Below, one piece after another: positions 57,449 through 64,000 of a stretch of 64,000 nt of DNA. Under the pieces are notes generated by a model. The model saw nothing but the letters and a program-made list of their open reading frames with translations, made no database searches and was not told where the DNA came from. Position 1 is the stretch's first letter; each line of letters opens with the position of its first letter. The translations under genes were made by a program, and so were the position numbers. This DNA is from the human T2T-CHM13v2.0 reference genome, Homo sapiens: NCBI RefSeq assembly GCF_009914755.1, contig NC_060927.1; one strand, given 5' to 3'.

Positions 57449-60400
57449 GGTGGGAGATGAGTGAATGAATAAATAAATGAAAGAATATGCCATACCCCAT
57501 AAACAAAAATGTGTCCAGCATACCATAAAAAAGTAATATGAATGGACAAAAAAAAAAGAGAGGAAAATATACCACAGTGATCATTGCTGGGGAGAGGAGG
57601 ATGGGGAAATGACTGCTAAAGGATAGGGAGTTTTTAGGAGAGGTAATTAAATTAGAGTACTTAAAGTTTTAAATTAGACAGTCGTGATGGTTTCACTACT
57701 CTGTGAATATACTAAAAATCACTGAATTGTACCATTTAAAAGGGTAAATTTTATGATACATGAATTATATCTCAATAAAGCTGTTAAAAATGATGGGAGG
57801 CGAGAGCATTACGGATGCCTTCCTATTTCCCATTTTCATTCAGCAAATATTTTTTCCAAGAATAACTTATTTACTCATCATCGCTAGGCTAGTTAATATT
57901 CTTTGGGTTGCAAGCAACAGAAAACAACTTGGCCTGTCTTGAGCCACAGAAGGGAGTGCATGAGAAGGATATCAAGACATCTCCCCGAATCAAAGCAGCA
58001 ACTGTGAAAACAAGACCCAAGAAAAGAAGGAAGCAGTACGCAGCATGAATCTCTGTGAGAAGCTTGGTTCCATGTTACTTGGTTTCAAGGACTCCCTGCT
58101 CCAAATTGAAAATACCCAGGATGGAGTATAGAATTAGCCTGGCTTGGGCCAAGTGTCTTCCAAGCATCAATAGGCTGTGGCAGCTGACCCTCACCATCAG
58201 AAGCTACTCCAAGAGGAAGAAGAGTTGCTTAAAGGTCCACAGCAACCCCAAGAAGAATCTACTACAATTGCTATTCTGATTAAAGAAAAAAGAAGCAATA
58301 TAAATAATATGACAGTGCTATGATTATGTTTCTTTGGAGTAGGGGATTCCTAAAGTACCCTTTAGGACTATATATAAGACTCAGGTGAACTGCATGATAA
58401 AGATGTAGCCATGCCAGTTCAACCTTCTGACATGCAGTATTCGGTTTTCTGTTCCTGTGTTAGTTTGCTAAGGATAATGGAAAGTTTTAAAGATTTGATT
58501 TACTATCCCAAATTAAGATCTCTGACTATGACATCAGACAGTCTGGGGCCAAAAGCCTGGTCACTCACTAGTTATGGGGTCAGATAACCTTGAATGGGCC
58601 TCCAATGTGGTCATACACTAGCTTTAAGGTCATATAACCTTGCGGAGGTGGGGGCTGTGGGATATTGGCAGGTTATTTTCGCTAAACCTCAGTTTCCATC
58701 TCTTTTAAAAGCTGCTAATAACACATCTTGCAGAAGCATGATAAAGTTAGATGATAACACATGCCCAATACTTACTTATGCCTGAAACTTAGTAAGTACC
58801 CTAGCCAACAGGAAGCCATCATTTTCAAGCTCCTACTATTATTAATATACAAATACAGATTGCAAACTGTTCCAGAATGCAGTGCAAACAGGTGAAACTG
58901 CAATTCCAGTGGGTGGGGGGGTGGGGTCAGTGAAATAATGTTTGGCTGTGTCTATACAAAGAAAATCTTTCAACCAGAGAAACTTTTTAGTTTGGCCACT
59001 TCAAGTGCTAACTTGAAGCAAATAAAGCAATAGCACATAAAATAGCACATAAAAAAAAAGAATAACCCTAGATTTTGCCACAAGCTGGTACATGCATTTT
59101 AAAGAGACAGCAAATATTTAACATCACTGAACACTAGTGATGGCACAGATCACAAAGATAATCTTTGTTTCTTTTTGCAGGAGGATAAACTAAGGCCCAA
59201 AGAGGTTGACCACTGGTTGTCTGAAGTCACAACAGAAATGACAGCACTGCTAGTTGTGAAGTCCAGGCACCAAACTCTCAGCACAAAACTCTTTCCTGCT
59301 CTTTCCCTTCTAGCTCCATGTACCAGTCTTATTTGGTCACTGCACTGCAGAGGGCATGTTACCACATAATTAGTTTCAGGGTATGTGCAACAGCTGCCAC
59401 GAGCCAGAGTTCCACACTGGAGTCAAATGTCTTTGGTCTAGACGCATCCCTTCCACCACATGCCACTGATGGGACAGCCGCCATAACCACATTCCTTACT
59501 CCAGCGGCTCCAAGCCTTTAGGAGTTGGAGCACATGACACATTCCAACCAAGATGAAGTAACTCCTCTCTCTGAATGACTTACTAAAGAACACCTTTAAG
59601 GATTTTTTCAGATTTGACATTCTTCTACCCGGGAGCTTAAGGACTTTAAAAAGGGTTTAGAGAAATTTTTTTTCCTAAAAATCTATGTGAGATAAATGTT
59701 AAGAATTAAGGGGCCACTTAGGAACCTGGAAATGATAAGTCACAGGAGATCCATGTTATCATTGAGTAAGTCAAAGCAAAAACCAGAAAAAAGGAAATGG
59801 TTGTTTTGCAGATACCATCACCGAAAGAATATGTCATATCACTGAGAAATAAGATCTCTTGATACCAATCTTGAGTAATATCTGTTTGAGATTATTTTAT
59901 TGTATCTGGATAATTTTGGGCCTATTAGCAACAACAAAAATTTTCCTTAAAACGAAGACTCAGAAACCCATGTATGCATTCCTAAGCACATAGATATATT
60001 TCATATGCTTTAAGATTATTTTTCAAATCTTCAAACCAGTGAAATAGAAATTTCTCCAAAAGTACAGTAAAAACTATATTTAAACAAGGAATTGCAAAGT
60101 GCTTATTTCATCCCTTGATGTTTATTTTGTTTTACAATTCATTTGAGACTTTTAAAGTCAGAAAGAGAAAAAAAAAATAGCTTTCAAATTTGAGTCTGGA
60201 ACAGAGCTCACCTATCAAGTCCAACAGGGATATAAAGAAAGTATCCCTGTTGGGATAGTTTCCCAACAGGAAAGTATAGAAAAAAAGAAAGTATCTAACA
60301 GTACAGATACTGCTGGTGCCCAGAACAAAAGCATTATTGAATGAAAGAAGAATTTAAATCGAAGTAAGCCCTTACTAACTCCAGGTCTTGCTGGCATTTT

Positions 60401-62607
60401 TCCTAATAAGATGAACTATTAGTCCTGGGTTACATAAACTTCAACACACTAGATCCCTCACCAAGTCAGAGGGAGGCCACAGGCCTCTTGAACCCATGCA
60501 TCTGTACTCTATTTAAGATGCATGACTGTCCCTCTCTTCTTTGTTTGGGTCCTTAGCTGTGGACTAGGAGAAGAGTGAGGCACAAAACCAGCAGAAACAA
60601 AGGCCTGCAAAATGAGTGGAATTTTTTGCTGTTATCTTTGAACATTTTATTTCTTTATTTCAGAAATCCAAAGGGAAATAAAAGTGGAAAGAATTGCAGG
60701 CTTTATGGTTTAAAAAAGAAAAAAGAAACATAGGATGAGTTTACAGTTTATAGTATCTGCGAAGCAACTCTTCACTCATTCCTTTAAATAAACTTTTAAA
60801 TCACCTTTTAAGTGGACAGAAAATGCTGTTATTATGAGTTACTGAGATCTAATGTGGGAGACTAGTTAAGAACCTGAGTCCTGAATTCAAGCAAGAAATT
60901 ATTCTACCACTGTTAATCTCTGTCCTGTTTAATCTCTGGAAAGTTGTTTGCCCTCAGTTTCTTCCACTGTAAAATGGAGATGATACAGTTGTAGTGATGA
61001 ATAAATTTACACACACAAACAGATACACACACACACACATATATACAGTAAATAACCTCTCTTAATATTATAACTAGTATTAAGAGTAAAAATAACTATT
61101 ATGCTGGGGAAATCTCTTTAAAGATTATTTCACAACTTATTCAGTGAATTCCAGGTAGTACAGTTACTTATCTCCTTAGATAGAAGGCTTTTCCTTTTTT
61201 CAAAAAGAAACATTTTTAAGGCTATAACACAATCTCTTATTATACTCCCTATCTATCAGCCATTATGCTACAAAGAATTCTTCCTTCGTTAGAGTCTATA
61301 CAGAGAGGTATAGTATATAAGCTGGTCATTCATTTCTGCCACAACCATTCACAGGTGACATTCACTCAACTCACTTTCACTGACTGTTTATTCAGTGTGC
61401 TAAGCACTATGCTAAGGCATGGGGATTCAACAACAAAGAGGCATGAGACATCGTCCTTGGCCTTGAGAAGCTCTTAGTCAAAAGAAGCAACAAATGAGGA
61501 GACGCAATCACAACAGAAAAGGATGGGAGCAAAAGGGAATGTGTACAAAGTGCTGAGGCAGCACAGAGGAGGGAGGCATCAATCTGGTTTGAGCACAAGG
61601 GAAGATTCTGCAGAGGATGTGAACCTTAAGTGAGGCCTAGAACAAGGAAGAAAGATATTCCAGGCAGAGTGAAGGGCACGGGCAAAGGCACATATATATA
61701 TACATACTTTTTAAATGCATGGCATCTTGGGTGGAAAAAGAAGACAGCTTGATGGCTAAACATGAACCCCAAGAGTAGAAGGAGGCAGCTACGAAGGTAG
61801 CGATACTCATCAATAAAGGATCCAGAAGAACATAGAAAGGGCACTTCATTCAGCAGGGGGGCGACGTAAATGGAGTGTTTAGCACCACATGTTGCAAACT
61901 GGGCTTGTGAATGCATTCTCAGAAGTCTGTGAGTTTTATGAAAATTTGAAAGTTCTTTAATTTTAATGATAATCTAAAAACTAAAATTGCCTGCAAATTA
62001 AGACATCACTTTTTTGTACTGATCATTTATATTTCAATCGTCCACTCAAAAAATATTTATTGAACACCCCTATGTGCCAGGCACTGGGGATATAACAATG
62101 AGCGAGACACAGTACCTGACCTCATAGAAGTTAGACTAATAAGAGGAGGTAACCAAGAAATAAAAGTATAGCATAGCAAGAGACAGTAAGTGCTGCACAG
62201 ACAAATAAAATATTAACGTGGCAAGAGGTAGAAAGTCAAATGGGGGGTGTTCATTTCATACAGGGTAGTCAAGCAGTCAGTGCACTTCTTCATTAACATG
62301 GTATCTGAGCAAAGACCTGAAGGAAATAAGATATTTGAGAGATATTTTCAGAGAAGAAGATTTTACTTCCCCACATTTGTCACAAACATTCCTAAGGGTC
62401 TATAAGAATGCTCTTTGTCTCTCTTTCTCTGTTTCTCATTGTTATAGCTCCAGTGCCTAGTATTGTGCCTGGCACATAGGAGTGTTTAATAAATGTTTTT
62501 TGAGTGGATGATTTAAATATAAATGATCAGTACAAAAATAGTTGTCTTAATTTCCAGATAATTTTATGTTTTAGATTATCATTAAAATGTATGTCTGTCT
62601 CTCTCCT

Positions 62608-62885
62608 TCTTTTGAGACAATGTCTTATTCTGTCACCCAGGGTGAAGTGCAGTGGCATGATCATGGCTCACTACAGCCTCAACCTCCTGGGCTCACACCT
62701 CAGCCTCCCAAGTGGCTGGGACTACAGGCATGTGCCACCATGCCGAGCTAATTTTTGTATTTTTTTGTAGAGATGGGGTTTCACCATGTTGCCCAAACTA
62801 GTCTCAAACTCCTGGGCTCAAGTGACCCGGCCACCTTGTCCTCCCAAAGTGCTGAGATTGCAGACATGAGCCACTGCAACCAGCC
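62608..62885 (-). mobile_element. AluJ SINE
   Basis: Diverged reverse dimer. Confidence 0.88.
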
Positions 62886-62904
62886 TGTTTTTATTTTTAA
62901 AAGG

Positions 62905-64000
62905 TAATCTGAAAAAATGGAGAAAACATTTGCAAACCATGTATCTGATAAGGGGTTAATATCAAAAATATATATAAGGAACTTCTACAACTCAAAAGCA
63001 AAAAAAAAAAGACAACCTGATTTTAAAATGGGCACATAGACTTTTTTTGAAGAAATGTCTATTTCTTCAAAAGAAAACATACAAATAGCCAACATGTATA
63101 TGAAACAGATGCTCAAAATCACTAGTCATCAAGGCAATGCAATTCAAACTCACAATGAGATATCATTTCACGTCTATTAGGATGGCTGTTATAAAAAAAA
63201 AAAGCTAAAGAGGGTCTGGATGCAGTGGTTCGTGCCTATATCATGCCTATAATCCCAGCACTTTGGAAGGCCAAGGTGGGAGGTTTGCTTGAGCCTAGGA
63301 GTCAAGGCTTCAGTGAGTTGTGATTGTGCCACTGTACTCCAGCCTGGGTGACACAGTAAGACCCTGTCTCAAAAAAAAAAAAAAAAAAAAAGATAACAAG
63401 TCTTGGTAAGGATACGGAGAAATTGGAACCCTTGTACACTGTTGGTGAGAATGCAAAATAGTGTTTCACTAAGAAAAACACAACAGAAGTTTCCAAAACT
63501 AAATTAAATATAGAATCGCCATATGATCCAACAATCCTACTCTGGGTATTTATCCAAAAGAATTGAAATCAGGATCTCAAAGACAAATTCACACTCCTGT
63601 GTTCACTGCAGCATTATTAACAATAGCCAAGGTCTGGAAATGAAACTAAGTGTTCATAAATGGATGAACGGATAAAGAAAATGTGGTATATACACACAAC
63701 AGAATATTATTCAGCCTTAAAAAAAAAAAAGAAAATTCTGCCATATGCCACAACAAAGATGAACTTTGAGGACATTACGCTAAATAAAATAAGCCAGTTA
63801 CAGAAGAACAAACATTACGTGATTCCACTGATATGAGGAATCTAAAATAGTAAAACTCATAGTGGTTGTCAAGGGCTAGGGGGAGGAGGCAACAGGGTGT
63901 TGCTATGCAACTGGTATAGAGTTTCAATTAAGCAAGATGGGTAAATTCTAGAGCTCTGCTGCACAACTTTACACCTATAGCTAACCATATTGTATTGTAC
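62905..64000 (+). mobile_element. L1MA-type ORF2 end and 3'UTR, interrupted by a deleted AluJ-like element (about 63212-63391)
   Basis: catttgcaaaccatgtatctgataaggggttaatatc...gataaagaaaatgtggtatatacac; runs off the window end. Confidence 0.82.

Overview
Primate, almost certainly human, genomic DNA (a near-consensus AluYa5 is present). The window is intronic sequence of the presynaptic active-zone gene ERC2 (CAST/ELKS2), transcribed on the minus strand. One clear coding exon is present (40430-40846, 417 nt, phase 0/0, coiled coil). About 650 nt upstream of it in transcript direction is a strong candidate 24-nt in-frame neural microexon (41493-41516, LLDARRTK) with an SRRM4-type UGC element and a long AG-free zone. 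The rest is largely transposon debris: about 20 Alus/monomers, L1s, L2/MIR, MaLR LTRs and hAT/Tigger MITEs, often nested. Best leads: the splicing-regulatory cluster at 40.4-41.7 kb (microexon, possible intronic terminal exon, alternative acceptors); a possible stop-free circular RNA from this exon bracketed by inverted Alus; an inverted old-L1 hairpin just upstream; and an internally deleted, possibly spliced, L1. Repeat subfamily names and most repeat boundaries come from recalled consensus motifs, not from a search, and are approximate. I see no evidence of a wholly new biological system.
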